From: Obrimoposthia wandeli
Lineage: Eukaryota
Length of the DNA stretch: 64,000 nt
Reading direction: 5' to 3'
Assembly (NCBI GenBank): GCA_977020255.1
Contig: CDROCS010000755.1
Location: forward strand, 62,001 to 126,000
How positions within the stretch are numbered: the first letter of the stretch is position 1; every line of letters begins with the position of its first letter. Positions 23,370-36,241 of the stretch are shown one piece after another. A program made the position numbers and the translations under genes. Under the pieces are notes generated by a model. That model saw nothing but the letters and a program-made list of their open reading frames with translations. It did not search any database and was not told the DNA's origin.

Positions 23370-24870
23370 TACACTTTTCTTGCCATGTATCCCCATAAAT
23401 TTTCGATGGGATTTAAATCGGGAGCAGTGCAGGCCAATTCATTACACTGATATTATTATCTTTCAACCAATTTGAAGTTAAACGTGACTAAATTACAATT
23501 AAATTAACAAATATTTACCTTATGCATTGGTGCGTTGTCCTGTTGAAATATAAAATGTTCACTACATATTTCAACTCCCCAACGGCAAAAATCAATTTCT
23601 GAATTAATAGTGCCTTGACAAGTATGTAAAGGTAGTAAACCATTATAACCAAAACCTCCTCATAAGGTGACACTTTTCCTATTAGACATTTCTATAGAAT
23701 AAGATATTGCATCGGTTCCTAAACAATGTCAATAATAATTAACACTATATGGATCATCAAGGTTGAATCTTTTTTCATCTGAAATAATTACCTTCTTCTA
23801 CTCGTCATTCCACATCATATGATATTTTGAAAATTTCATTCTATTATCTAAATGATGCTTTTTCTATTTTGGTTTCTTTTTCAATTTTCAATTTTGCATT
23901 TATTAGCTTTTAAATGTCTGGCTAATGTCCACTTACTAACAGATAATTATAAAGTTCGTATTAGCGTAGAGCAGTGCTTTTCAACCGTTTTGCTGGAGCG
24001 GAACCCCATGGAAACATTCCACTGGCTGGAGGAACCCCTGTGCAATAATTTAATTGTCTTATGCAAAAAACAGCATTTAATTAATAAAATGAAATGAAAG
24101 TACTCATGTTCAGAGTATTTATTTACAATAAAAACACAAACTGTTAAAAAAATTGTACATGTTTGAATAGATTACATTTATTCTCATCAAAAACTCAATG
24201 AGAAACTTGAGCCTGGTGTTTCTTGCACAACTCTTTAAGATTGGGTCGTGTTTGTGACAGACACACACGAAGTTCATCTTCCACAGACAGCAATTGTGCT
24301 CGCTTCTTGTGCTTGATGGTTGTCAGAGCTGAAAATCCAAATTTACACGAAGTATGAGGTTGAAAATTGCACAAGAATTGTTAGCGCTTTCTGGGTAATT
24401 GCAGGATATTATTTTTCAACCAGGAACCAAAATGCATTCAGGTTAAGCTCAGAATGCTTCAACTTTAATGTCCTGTCATTTAGAACACTGGCAAGTTCTT
24501 CTTCTTCTGTTAATGTGAACTGTTCTAAAGATAGCTCAAATTCCACTTAATTAAAATGTATTTTATTTGTTTGTTGTTCTAATTTAGAAATTGCGGAACC
24601 TCTGGACTGTACTGGCGGAACCCTAAGGTTCCACAGAACCCTGATTGAAAACCACTGGCGTATAGTATGACTTCTTGAGTTCTCGCAAAATATATCTAGA
24701 GGTTTTATTGTCTATTAACTTTGGCATTCCTTCTTTTTCTTTATCTTTTATTGTATTTCGACGCTGCAAATATTTGCATATTAACTCTTCCAAATTTTTT
24801 AGAAATATCCGATATTGAAATACCTTCTGTATAGAGACTATCGATAGAACCTTTTTCATAATCATTTAAA
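23370..24870 (-). mobile_element. Tc1/Tc3-like transposon remnant, split by a hAT insertion
   Basis: VIISDEKRFNLDDP (~23780), FIFQQDNAPMH (~23540), WPALLPDLNPIENLWGY (~23410). The N-terminal HTH-like part is at 24666-24865. Confidence 0.8.
23972..24657 (-). mobile_element. Non-autonomous hAT (Buster/Charlie-type) element, 686 bp
   Basis: TIRs CAGTGCTTTTCAACC / GATTGAAAACCACTG; 8-bp TSD GCGTAGAG/GCGTATAG (one mismatch, central TA). Carries a transposase C-terminus KALTILVQFSTSY...GFSALTTIKHKKRAQL...ELCKKHQAQVSH*. Confidence 0.92.
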
Positions 24871-25526
24871 TGCTTTTTTCTTCTATAATAAAACTTAAAT
24901 CATCTAAAATAAAAATTTAATAAAGTTAATATAATTATAAATACAAAAAAAAATTAATTAATTTATTTTATGTATACATGCTTGTATTTTTTGCACCATC
25001 CAAATTAAAAAAAAATCTATAGTTTAACTTAATATGTGGTTCAACAAAAATAGTTCAATTCATATAGATTCAAAGCTTAAATATAAGCTAATCAATTTTA
25101 AATATTTGAAGTATTCTAAGCAGTATAATTTAAAATAGAGTTATTATCTCTTGTTCGTATTTTTTGCTCCACACTGCATGTCGTTTAGACTAGAAATATG
25201 TTGTTTCGTTAAAGGAAAAAAAAAGTTATTATTTGCCAAGTACTTCACACCTTTTTTAAATCCGTAATTATTATTATTACGGCGTGTGTAAATTGTATAC
25301 AACTAATATTTGATAAAACTAGTATATATGATTTATTACTCGAATGCGCTTCATGTTTTACTATCATTAGAGTTCCTTATATCCGTCAGTAAATTGTTGT
25401 AGAGATTCTAAGTAAAATTTTCAAATATTCCACCACTTTGTTGGTTATTTGAGAATTTCTTATCCAATCTGAAGTCATCGTTGTTGCTTCTAAGATGCAT
25501 ATACAATACATTTAAACTGTGCTCAC

Positions 25527-25716
25527 TTGGTCCTGTGTGATGTTGGCTCCCACCATCATCTGCAGCATACCCAGCAACTCATTCTGTGAAATTAAGTTGT
25601 CTCCGTCGAGGTCATACAAGCCGAACAAGAACTTCAGTTTCAGGTCGCGATTGGGATCGATTTTGCGGAAGACAGCCAACTTGTTTACGAAGTCCCGGAA
25701 ATTGAGTTCTTCGCCA
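25527..25716 (-). CDS. CHP1: CHP exon, EF-hands 2-3 (GEELNFRDFVNKLAVFRKIDPNRDLKLKFLFGLYDLDGDNLISQNELLGMLQMMVGANITQDQ)
   Basis: Acceptor ATATGCAG, donor GTGAGC, 190 nt (1 nt plus 63 codons). Phase-compatible with both neighbouring exons. Confidence 0.92.
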
Positions 25717-26399
25717 CTGCATATTCAGGTTCTTTACTGTAAAATCTACCACATTGCCCACAAAACGTTTGAATTCAAGGTTCTTCTAAACATTCATAAA
25801 AGCAGAGTATACGAGTAGTGTAGTTTCTCAACATTAGAAAATACTCCCTCACCCAGAGACAAGCACAGACCCTTAGATCAGACTGGCCTGGATTGTGCAC
25901 CCTTAGATTATGTTATCTCATCTCATGTTATCTTACATTTTCTTCAATCTAAGGCTAATCATGACGTCAATAGGATTAAGAAAATATTATCCAAAATAAT
26001 CAAGCAACATTTATTATAAAAAAGACAAGACTAGTTACTAGATTAATTTTTTTATTAAATATTAATAGTATTGAATGACTTAGTGTTTTTTTGCTTAGTC
26101 TCAATCGTGGTATTCCTCATTAATTTATATCCATTTTGTTTAATAGCAAAGTAGTGGAAATATAAATTATGTCTGTTTCAACTAATTTATAAACCAATAA
26201 GTTTGTAAATTTTATTTAAATATATTCAAAAGCGTCTTCGTTTTGAACTCTTCTTAGTAACTTTGATTTTTCTTGCAATCCAAACGTTCCTGAACTATCT
26301 CGGGATTCATATCATCTTCTTGTTCAAATTTTGATAATTTGTCATTGAACCATATCATGCACAAAATGGTCTAAATGAGCATGCAACATGTGCGTCTGT

Positions 26400-27511
26400 A
26401 AATACCTATGACCTCCAATTGCCTGATAACTAGAGAGAACTATTTCAACCAAATCTTCCTAATTCTCGGCCTTTCTATTTCCAAGAAACATTTTCTCTAC
26501 AATTTGAACGCACTCCAAGCCTATTTTTCAGCAGAACTCAAAATTGTAATGAAATCCTCATTTACTAGTTTTCTAACTCGAGGTTCAACAAATACGCCAG
26601 CTTTTACTTTTGCTGCAGTTAGTTTTGGAAAGGTTTTTGTAAATGAGCAAATGATACATACTCAATATCAATGGCTTTCCATTATTAAAGCGTGAAGAAA
26701 GTAACTCAGCATTTGATTTAGTTAACCCAAGACCGCGTATTAAGTCATTCAACTCATTTTGAATAGGAAAATGAGGCATCCTTGAAAATATCTAAATCAC
26801 TGGCATTACTTTCATCTTCATCTGCGTCCGAGGGCCCATTTCTAACAATTTCAGGACGTGGTATAGGCAGATCATCACTATGAGGAATAGGAGCAATTGA
26901 GGAAGGAATTTCAAGATTCTCAATTTGATTGGCTTTCTTTCCTTTTCTATGTTTTGAGAGATAAACCATGCAAAAGAAACAATCATCACCGTGATTTTTC
27001 TGTTCACGCCGTACTCTGGGAATGCAAAATTGCAGTGCAACTTTCTTTCCTCTATACCAACCTTAGAAATTCAAAATGCCTATAATATGCAAAAAATATA
27101 ATACCTTGTAATGTTGTTCTACAACTTTCAGACACTATGTGGAGCCCAATTCTTGTCTTGGTCACAAACTCTGGTATGGAAATAGGCATTATATGCTTCA
27201 CACCATTTAGGCATTGATGACGAATTATTCTTTCTAGAAATCTTTGTAAAATAAATTCCAGAAACATAACAAAAATTGTCAGATGAATTTCTACAACCTC
27301 AAGAAGCAATATAGTTTAGATAAATCCAAAAAATGAAGAGATCAGATATGAATAAAATTGATTAATCAATATTTCTAAAATGTTTGATGTGTGTGTATGA
27401 CTGAAATTATTTAACTATAAAACAGCATGTAATAGTTATTAATATCTAACTATTTCAAAAAATATATTTAAAACACAAGGGCAAAAAAAGTATCAATTTT
27501 GTAACACAGTG
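26400..27511 (-). mobile_element. Chapaev3-like (CMC) DNA transposon 5' half in a CHP intron
   Basis: Terminus CACTGTGTTACAAAA preceded by TTA (- strand). Peptides REQKNHGDDCFFCM...IPSSIAPIPHSDDLPIP and PHFPIQNELNDLIRGLGLTKSNAELLSSR. The family name is from recalled motif similarity. Confidence 0.6.
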
Positions 27512-28133
27512 TAATCAATGACACAGTTCGAAGTAGGGTTAGTGATTTTAAAAAATTTTAATCATGAGATAGAATGCTTCATGAACAATTTTTGAGGTAC
27601 TTTAAGTATGTTCATGAAGACTTTAATCTTTTGTGAGCAGTCAACCATATCGGACTTTCTTCCTTGGAGTTGTATATTTGAAGTATTTATTGAGATCATT
27701 CAAAATTTCGTGTACTTTTGTTGATTGTCTTATTAGAGTTCAGTTCAACCAATTCAAACTTGAACTTAAAGAAGTCGATTACAGTTTAACACAAACTTGC
27801 TATTCTAACAAGACAGTAAGCTTTGGACAGCCATCTTATCTCTCTGTGTAAAGCAGATATAGAAATTAAGTTGGAAAAAAATTAAACAAAATTGAAAAGA
27901 AATAGAGTAAAGTTAATAATGTTTTACAAATTTCGAAATAAAAATCCAAGAATATTGCATTAAAAAGTATATATTTTCTATAATAAATTTTAAATTAAAT
28001 TCTTTCTAATTTGGTAAAAAAATATAATAGTTCGTAAATATTATTTCTTGATAAAATTATATTGCACTTGAAAATCTGTATGGATGAAATGTCAGCTGAG
28101 ACTATCGGTGGAGTAATGAGAAGAAACACATAC

Positions 28134-28214
28134 CCGTCCCTGAAGAACTCGTTGACGATTCTATCACCGAGGGGGTTTATAGCCAACTCGGGGATCATGA
28201 GGAGCGTCTGTCTT
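28134..28214 (-). CDS. CHP1: CHP exon (RQTLLMIPELAINPLGDRIVNEFFRDG)
   Basis: Diagnostic CHP motif IPELAINPLGDRI; polypyrimidine-CAG acceptor and GTATGT donor. 81 nt, as recalled for human CHP1 exon 3. The 5' boundary could alternatively be 28211 or 28207 (tandem acceptors). Confidence 0.92.
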
Positions 28215-28312
28215 CTGCAGGAGGGAGGAAGGAAAATTAACAATCATGGAGATGTAGAGGCTCCAGCAGCGGCACAACTAACTGAACGAAAAATGTACAC
28301 AACACGACTCAC

Positions 28313-28327
28313 CGACCTTGAGAGGGT
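28313..28327 (-). CDS. CHP1: Candidate CHP micro-exon (11 or 15 nt) encoding TLSR(S)
   Basis: CTCTTCATTGTAG|ACCCTCTCAAG|GTCG|GTGAGT encodes exactly the T-L-S-R residues that precede this region in CHP proteins. Confidence 0.55.
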
Positions 28328-29949
28328 CTACAATGAAGAGGGAGGTTGTTTTTCAATATGTAAATGTTAACATACAACTGTTGACCTTGTCATATATGCA
28401 GTGTATGTTGTAAACATATACAATGACATGAAATATAAAATTTTAATTAAAAAACTATGAAAAAAATGAATACAATTAGAATACACTTTCAAAAACTAAT
28501 CTCGATATAGAAATTTTAAAAATTAAGTACCGATAAATGTATTTTGATGGATATTTTTGTAAGACAGTAAAAATGGACTTTTCAGGCTGAGGTTGTATTT
28601 TATGCCAAGTGAATGAGCTGTATAATAATACTGAGATGTAAAAAGTATCTTACTGGTTTATAAAATATATTTTTCTGTAATTATGGAAGAGATTCGTAAT
28701 AATAAAATTTGATAATTCAAATTACAAATATTTATCATCAATAAAAATCAACATTAAAAATGATAAATAGAAACGCCAAGGATATTTATTTAGCTACATT
28801 GGCCTAAAAAAAATCACAAGAAAAAATACCATTCCGAAAAGATGCGATTTAAACTTATTAATTGGCACAACATTTATGAAGAAAGGATAGTGCAGTATCT
28901 GAATTATCTTCATAAGGAAATTAAATTAGCCTTATATTCTTCATACCAAAGCTACATGATAAATACGTTATTCAACAAAAAAAAATCCCAACCAATGGGA
29001 GTTACAACGATTACGCTTACTCCTAAAGACATCACTAGGTTCCTTAGATTAAACGCTAATTATACTGATCATTGTTTTAGACCATAGTGTACAACTATTT
29101 CAGCCGAAAATGGAGCAACACACTTGAAAACAATGTTGAATTGACGCAGTGAAATTACTGTATTAAACTATGTAAATAACACAAACAGTTCACGAGCAAA
29201 GATTTCAAAAATGATAAATAGAAATATTCAACCAAAAAAGTGTTAAAATCATCAGGAAAAATTGACATATGCAGAAAAATGTAACTTGTTATAGTTACAG
29301 AAAAAAAAATTTAAAAATTTTTAGACAAAATGATAATTAAAATTATTTTTTATCGTAATCAAGATGCAAAACTATCCCTAAAAACAAATTTTATGGTACA
29401 CTATATAATCGAACAATAAACATTTTTACAAAATTTAAAGATAAGCTGACAAACTCATCTGTCTTCTAAATACTAAAAATTCACAACAGCATTTCAGTAA
29501 TAGTTCAATTTTAAGTTCAAGATGAATTAATTTTTAAATTAAGAACACTTTTGTCATTTATGACTAAAAATGAGTTCCATATAACATAAGCTTGTAGCAT
29601 TAGGTTGATCGCATAGTTTCGCAACTTACTACAGAACAATTCCTTTATTAATGACATGACAAATTCATCGGTTCCAAGATACAAAAATATACCAAGGGTC
29701 GAAGTCATGAATTTGGGCTGTTTTTTTCGAATTCTGATTAAATAAAATGTCCCACAGAATTATAACAGGTATTTCTTAACCTGATATCAAAGTGCACATT
29801 TGCCATATTATTGCGACAACAAAAACGACAATGAAAGGGTAGACGTCTTTAACATTTATATATGTTAGCGGAAATAGACATAAACATAACTCCGCATATT
29901 TTGAAAAGGAATGAAGCATAAATCATACATGATAAGTTATTACTACAAG

Positions 29950-30845
29950 TTAATGAGTTAGGACAGTGGCTGGTACAGAGTAATTAATTCGGTAATTACA
30001 GCGTTCGGTCTTGCATTGTCCTTCAGAACTACAACTGCAGCGACTAAAACCTTGACATCCTAAAAATTTCTCTGGGGCTTAATGTTGGATCTTCTTTGAC
30101 ATCTTCAAGAGTGAGCAGTCTTCTTTTACATATACGGAATAATGATTTTTTGATAAAACGCAATTTAATCTTCCATATCGTGTTGCTCCTTTTACCGAAT
30201 CTTTTATTTTCTTGACGACCGCTGAAATATTTCAGGTGCAGGAGCGGCTTTATCAAATCCAGAGGTGAAAATCGCCAATTTCAGCTTAGTTGTGCAGCAT
30301 TATCTTACTTCACCCTATCATATCAGACACGTATTGCTTTTGGGCTTCTTAAATATTCTATCTTCTTATTTCAAGCGTACACTTTCTGGCTTCAATGTCT
30401 GCTTTGATACCCAAATATGTTTCTTTTTCAGTATATGTCTGCCTCAGCATCCACATTGGCTTCTTCGTCAGTGTCTGCTCCAGCATTCATATCTACTCCT
30501 ACGACGGTACCATCTGGTTGATCCACATTTTCTTTTACAACTTTGATAAAGTTGTCAATTGTGTCTCGTATATATAAAGCTTCGTACGGTCTGATTTTTA
30601 TTTCACTATTCAGTGCAATATTTTTCTGAAACTGTACAAATGAGCAACTGATTGACCCACATTTTGAGAGGTTTTCTTCCATCCATGCTTTGAGCATATC
30701 TTGTATGTCAGTGTTGGAGATTGATAGTGTCTTGGACGACCATGAACTATTTGCAATCCTCGCCATATTTATTGCAATTCGCCTATTACACAGGCAAAAA
30801 TATTCTACAATTGTTGCTCTACAAAATTTCAGGAGCTCCAAAAAA
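29950..30845 (-). pseudogene. KRBA2/SCAND3-type (Ginger-related) rve integrase remnant
   Basis: IVHGRPRHYQS, DIQDMLKAWMEEN...FVQFQKNIALNSEIKIRPYEAL, and Cys-rich C-terminus QGFSRCSCSSEGQCKTERC...LCTSHC. Confidence 0.75.
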
Positions 30846-31099
30846 GACTAAAAATAGTTAAATAGTTAAAACATAAAGAATTATGAAGGAGTCTCTCACC
30901 CGCACTAGAAATGATGATATTAATTGTTTTAAATAGTTGGGTTTACCAAAGTTACTTCTGGCCCTAATTACTTTATCATATTTTACTAAATGAACGTTTT
31001 TCTATATCAATTTTTGATTTCAATTTAGAACTCCTTTATTTTCTTAAATTAAACGTTGAAATATAATTGAACTAATCTTTAACTAGACCTTAAGAGATG

Positions 31100-31900
31100 A
31101 AACGTCGTTATTACTTTTTTAAAAATTCTGAGACCTTCGGTGGCATGAATGGCTGAAGTTGAAGTGAAACAATTGACAAATGACTGGTACGTGTTTGCGT
31201 AAACTGTAAGTGACAACTTTGTACCCTGAGCTTAGAGCTGTGGATAAAGTCCAAGACATTCATGCACAACTTACCTGATTCACAGAACATAAAATTTCAG
31301 CCATTCGAAACTTTTGTAATCATCTGGAATTACAAATTCATTTTGAGTTTTATACCATCATTTTTATCCAGATTGGCAATGAGACTTGAATTTGCACAAC
31401 AAAAAATACCAAGGCTGTGAAAAAACTATGCTTTAAAAGTTGAATTACTCTTGAAGGTTTTCAAATGGTTTTTTACAACACTACAAAACAATTTTGGCTT
31501 GAAAATTTAGTTGTTTTTCAACATTGTCCAGTTTACCTTAATATTCTTAAAAACCTCTTACCAGATAGATTTGACCTGCACGACTAAACAATTACTAACT
31601 TGGAAATTCTAAGACTTTCGAGTGTTCTTGGACGTATGAAAACATTGTAAGGCTCCTGCATGTGGTTGATTATTTGGTAACGAAATGACTAAAAACATGG
31701 CTTTCGAACTGCGTTGTAAGCTAAAAAGAAGGAATTTCTTTCTTGTCCCGAGATGATTTTGTCCATATTTGCTAAATTATCTCAGTGATGAAGCATTTAG
31801 TCTTTTGGAACTCTGGCAAATACGGTGGGTGAAGTAACACATCCTATCAAAGCAATTCTAAGATTTCTTTGTCATGTTTGGTCTATTATTTTTTCATGTC
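31100..31900 (-). pseudogene. BEL/Pao-like integrase/RNase H remnant
   Basis: Degenerate RMAEIL...ECLGL and FTQTRTSHLSIVS (TRAVHLE-like) motifs. Confidence 0.35.
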
Positions 31901-31954
31901 TTTTGGTATTTTCTGGACGTTTATCCTTAAGTTCTTGACTCAAATTAACTATTT

Positions 31955-32400
31955 GTTCTCAGTAGCAATCACCAGAGATAGTTTCAAGCAGTTCTAGTAG
32001 CTCATAATACGAAACGCCTTTATGATCCCACCAAATACACTGCATAACCTTAATTGCATAAGGATTCCGATTTAGCACTGATGTTGATGGCTGGACTGCT
32101 TTCAACCATGAATTTCTTGTTTTGGAAAAAAAAAAAATTCTCACCAGTAACAATTTACTGCAGAGTTGATTTTTTTTAATGATTCCCATTGTTTTTAACC
32201 GTTTGTTTACAGTTGATTAATTAACATTTAATAGAACTGAGATATCATTCATTGTTTCACTCAGACCTTCATCAAGTAATGCTTCTAATTACGCACCGTC
32301 AAACTTTTTGATTCACAAGAGCATGCTTTGTCTTTCATATCAAAGTCATCGTTTCTGAAATGCTGAAACCAATCTCTACAATTTCTATTGGATGGAATCC
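31955..32400 (-). pseudogene. mariner transposase remnant
   Basis: KVMQCIWWDHKGVSYYELLE...ETISGDCY matches the Mos1-type KVMLCVWWDQSGVIYYELLKPGETV motif. Confidence 0.75.
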
Positions 32401-33189
32401 ACATTAACTTCTACCAGCAAACGAATACTTTCAGCAGCAGTTTTCTACTAAACAAAATAATGAAGTAAATATTCACCCAAATGTTGTTTTGTTGGCGCAT
32501 AATTCGACATTTTAAATGTAATAAAAAATGAATGCTTTTAAATATATAAACAAATGTTTTAAAATAAATTTTTAACTTACTCTTTAAGAAAATCATATAA
32601 CTGATTATCAACTTAAAATCCAAGATCAGCTTATTAATTATAATATACTTTAATAAACGTCTATCTAGTAATTGTACTTAACACGCTATTTTGTACTCAA
32701 ACTAAAAGGAAAAATAGTTCTTACGATTGTGTATTCGCTTAGAAATCATTAAAATGTGTTAATTACAGCATTAAGTAAAAAGATAACTAAATGACTATGA
32801 AAATTGAAAGTAATGAAATAACTAATTTAAACTATAGAATGACTCGAAAATTTGATTTATTCAAAATCTTTGAAATCTTTAGTAAACTAAGTGACATGTT
32901 CTAGTTTTTCTTGAATAATAAAACTCAAGAGAATTGCTTAACTTAAGGTTTGAAAGCAACTTTCATTCTTTACTTCTCCTAATTGTTTTTCTGTTTGTAA
33001 ATGTAAAATTGAAAACAACACACAACCAATTTGAGGAAAAACTCATGTTCACAAATAGTTGACTTTTTTATTGTATTGGCTTACATCTACAAAAGAAGAG
33101 TTGCGTATCGATCAATTCACTGAGAACTTTTATTTTTTCGTAAAGAACATTCAATGTTGGTTATAAAATGCGGGCTCCCTTAAACTTGC

Positions 33190-33800
33190 TAAGGTGTTTT
33201 CTCGTCAATGTTTAGTATCAAAACAGTAAATGTTTGGATAAAACAAAAATAAAAACGATCTATCACATCCAATATAGATTATTGAGCTACTGAAATTAAT
33301 TAAATTAAGCCATCTTGTATTTTCTTCTAATTTATCCAAGATAGGTTGTCCATGAATTATCCGATTTGAATAGGGAGGACTAGCTTTAATTTCATAACCT
33401 ACGGCTTCCAACTTTAAATAGGTTGTTGAAATGTGTTGTCAGTTCAAAATTATTAGACAATTATTTACCTTGCCATTTATAAGATGATCCATGAATAAAT
33501 TAACATATTTATATTTTCATCGATGAATGATATTGCCTTACATTCGGAATTTAACATCGTGTCCCATATTTTTACATCTTTGGAGTAATTAATTTCCTGT
33601 ATCTTTCATAGTACCAATAATAATTATATCCATATGGCCCACCTGGACAAAATCTAATGTTACCACATTAAAAGTATCTTTGGGAATTCTTAATCGTTTG
33701 AAAACTTTAATCAAAGTTGGAGTTTACATTTCTGTTTTGTTTAAAGAAACTATTATCTAAACATCACCAAGCAGTATTTTTTCTAACTGGATCATACATT
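33190..33800 (-). pseudogene. Gypsy-like integrase remnant
   Basis: LRIPKDTFNVVTLDFV and GYEIKASPPYSNRII (PYHPQSNG-like). Confidence 0.4.
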
Positions 33801-35840
33801 GCTCTTGACATCTTTCTAGCGAGTTAATTATTTATTTTTGTATTTCTTACGATACGTCGTTATTGTCTTTTTTATATCATTTTACAGATCTTTTCCATAA
33901 TTATGTGGCGTTTTATTACCTTTTTAAGTTATGAAAGAAAAACTTCAAAACGTTTAATGTAAAAATATAGGTAGAGACATTTTGGGTTGCACTATTTATA
34001 ATTTAAAAAAAACAATTATTATATGAAGGTAAATAAAAATATCATCTTTCTAAAAGTATGTTGCACATAAAACAACGCATCAAATTTTGAATGTTTTTAT
34101 GATTCAATAAAAAATTGAGTGGTAAAATGTTTCTTTGAAAACCACCTGGTATTATATAAAGATAGTTATCCGTACTCACTTTCGACTTCTTCAAAAATCG
34201 CAACAAATTCGTGATGATTAACATCTCATTCATAATGTTTCCGTCTACAATTTATTGGTACAGAGAGCTACATATTATCCGCTGGTGGTGTGAAACTGTC
34301 TTTAAATGGTTTTAATTGCAGTTAAAGAAAATCGAAACTTGATGCAACGACAAATCTAATTCAAGAGTAAAATTTACGTGTACAAAACTGATTAAATTAT
34401 TGCTATTTGACTATTTAGTGACATTTGTATACGAGCGTAGCTTTAAGTTGTCAGCAGAATATTCTGTGAATTTCAAAATCCAATATAAAATCTGAACTTC
34501 ACAATTTGTTCGAAAAAGAACCCTAAAAATCAAAGCTATTACATTTAATTTGTGAGCATATTTTGAATTTTTCATTATGTATGTACATTTTTCATTGTGG
34601 CTTTCTTTCTGTGAGGAATTTTGTGTATTGGTCTTTATCAATCTGATAATTAAGAAAAGCTAACAAGAATTAAGAAATAATAAAATACAGGAAAAAAAAC
34701 ACATTTATTTCTGGATTACTTTGATATATTGTTAGAGACACGAATAAATAGCATTATTTAGAAAATGGAAATACACCACCTATGTTTGAAAATTTTCATG
34801 TAGGAAATACTATCAATGGGTTTAATATGAAAATCTTCAACGTTCTTTTAAAAATAGTTATACTGTTTATTTATGTTTTCTTTATTATGAAATATAAAAC
34901 ACAGGGCAAAAATTTGATTATGTATAATTTAGATGCCCTGAATGTAAATCTAATATCAGTTTTTCTGCATCAAGTCTAGATATTTTTCGAAATTCTCAAA
35001 TGTTTCAAAAATTTAAATAAAAACTAGTTAGTAACGGAAATTTATTTTTTCAGTTTCATAAATTTTCCATCAAACTGTGTAAATACACAATCATTTAGTC
35101 AAATATTTAATCGTCAGAAAGATATTTATTTTTACTTGACTTTCTTGTATGCTAAGAATGGAGGCAATTATTGTAGAACCTGTAAGTCAGATATGATACA
35201 AATGTGAACATTCAATTGGTTTCAATATCCAACTTCATCAACATGTCCATTATTATTTATACAAAATGTACGTGTATCAATTTTGTTATGGTCAGTTTTC
35301 CACGTGAAAAAAGCAATACATAATAATTGGAAAAAAATAAAAAGCTAATTTTAATTATGATTAATCCACATTAAACAACTTGGGCTGAATTGGCTTTTAG
35401 GCATCTGATAATTCAATTATACAGCGTAAAATGAAAATTTTCCATGTTATGAAAATACTTTTTAGGACAGTTTTTCATCCTGATAACAAAATAAATTTAA
35501 TGCAACATCATGTCGTTTTTTTAATTTAATTATGACTGTAATTTGTAAATTTGTTACACGGAAAATGAATAAACAGATACAGATTTTAAAATATTACAGA
35601 ATATTTATAAACAGTAGTTAAAATACTTGGTTTACGCTTACAATATTGAAAATTATTAGAAACCAATACAAACATTACATTGTTAAAATTACATATACTG
35701 TTACACATAAATGTGAAATCGATATTTGTGTTTTCTTACCATCTCAAGATCCTAACACATTAAGACTAGAAATTTGCTAAAGGGATAAATAAAAGTTTAA
35801 ATTTGTTGAGCAGTATTATTTAACATGTCTAAGCATTTAA

Positions 35841-36241
35841 AGAAGGAATTCCCTGTATGCAGTTGAAACTAGTTATGTGGCCTCAGCATCCATAACTAGT
35901 TGCCTTCCTAATTTGAGGACCATACCGCGAGCTAGAACATAGAATTTTACTCTTTTGTTGCAGAGATGTCCAAATTCCGGCTCGTGTCGACTCTCAGCTG
36001 AAATATATCTGGGAGTTCCGAGTGCATACAGTTGAAACTTGGTATATGTGGCCACAGCATACATAACTAGTTGCCTCCGAAATTTGAGGACGTATCGCGA
36101 GCATGGAATTAAATCTTTAATATTTAGTTACAGAAATAATAATCCACCGTTATGCCGAATTTGGATCGAAATATGTCCGAAAATTCGGAATACATTTTGT
36201 TAAAACATGAACAGATGAATAACATCTTTGACTACCTTCCT
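35841..36241. mobile_element. Short TTAA-flanked element with internal ~190-bp tandem duplication (Kolobok/piggyBac-type MITE candidate)
   Basis: TTAA|AGAAGGAA ... TACCTTCCT|TTAA imperfect terminal inverted repeats. Two internal copies of TTGAAACT..TATGTGGCC.CAGCAT.CATAACTAGTTGCC...AATTTGAGGAC. Confidence 0.45.
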
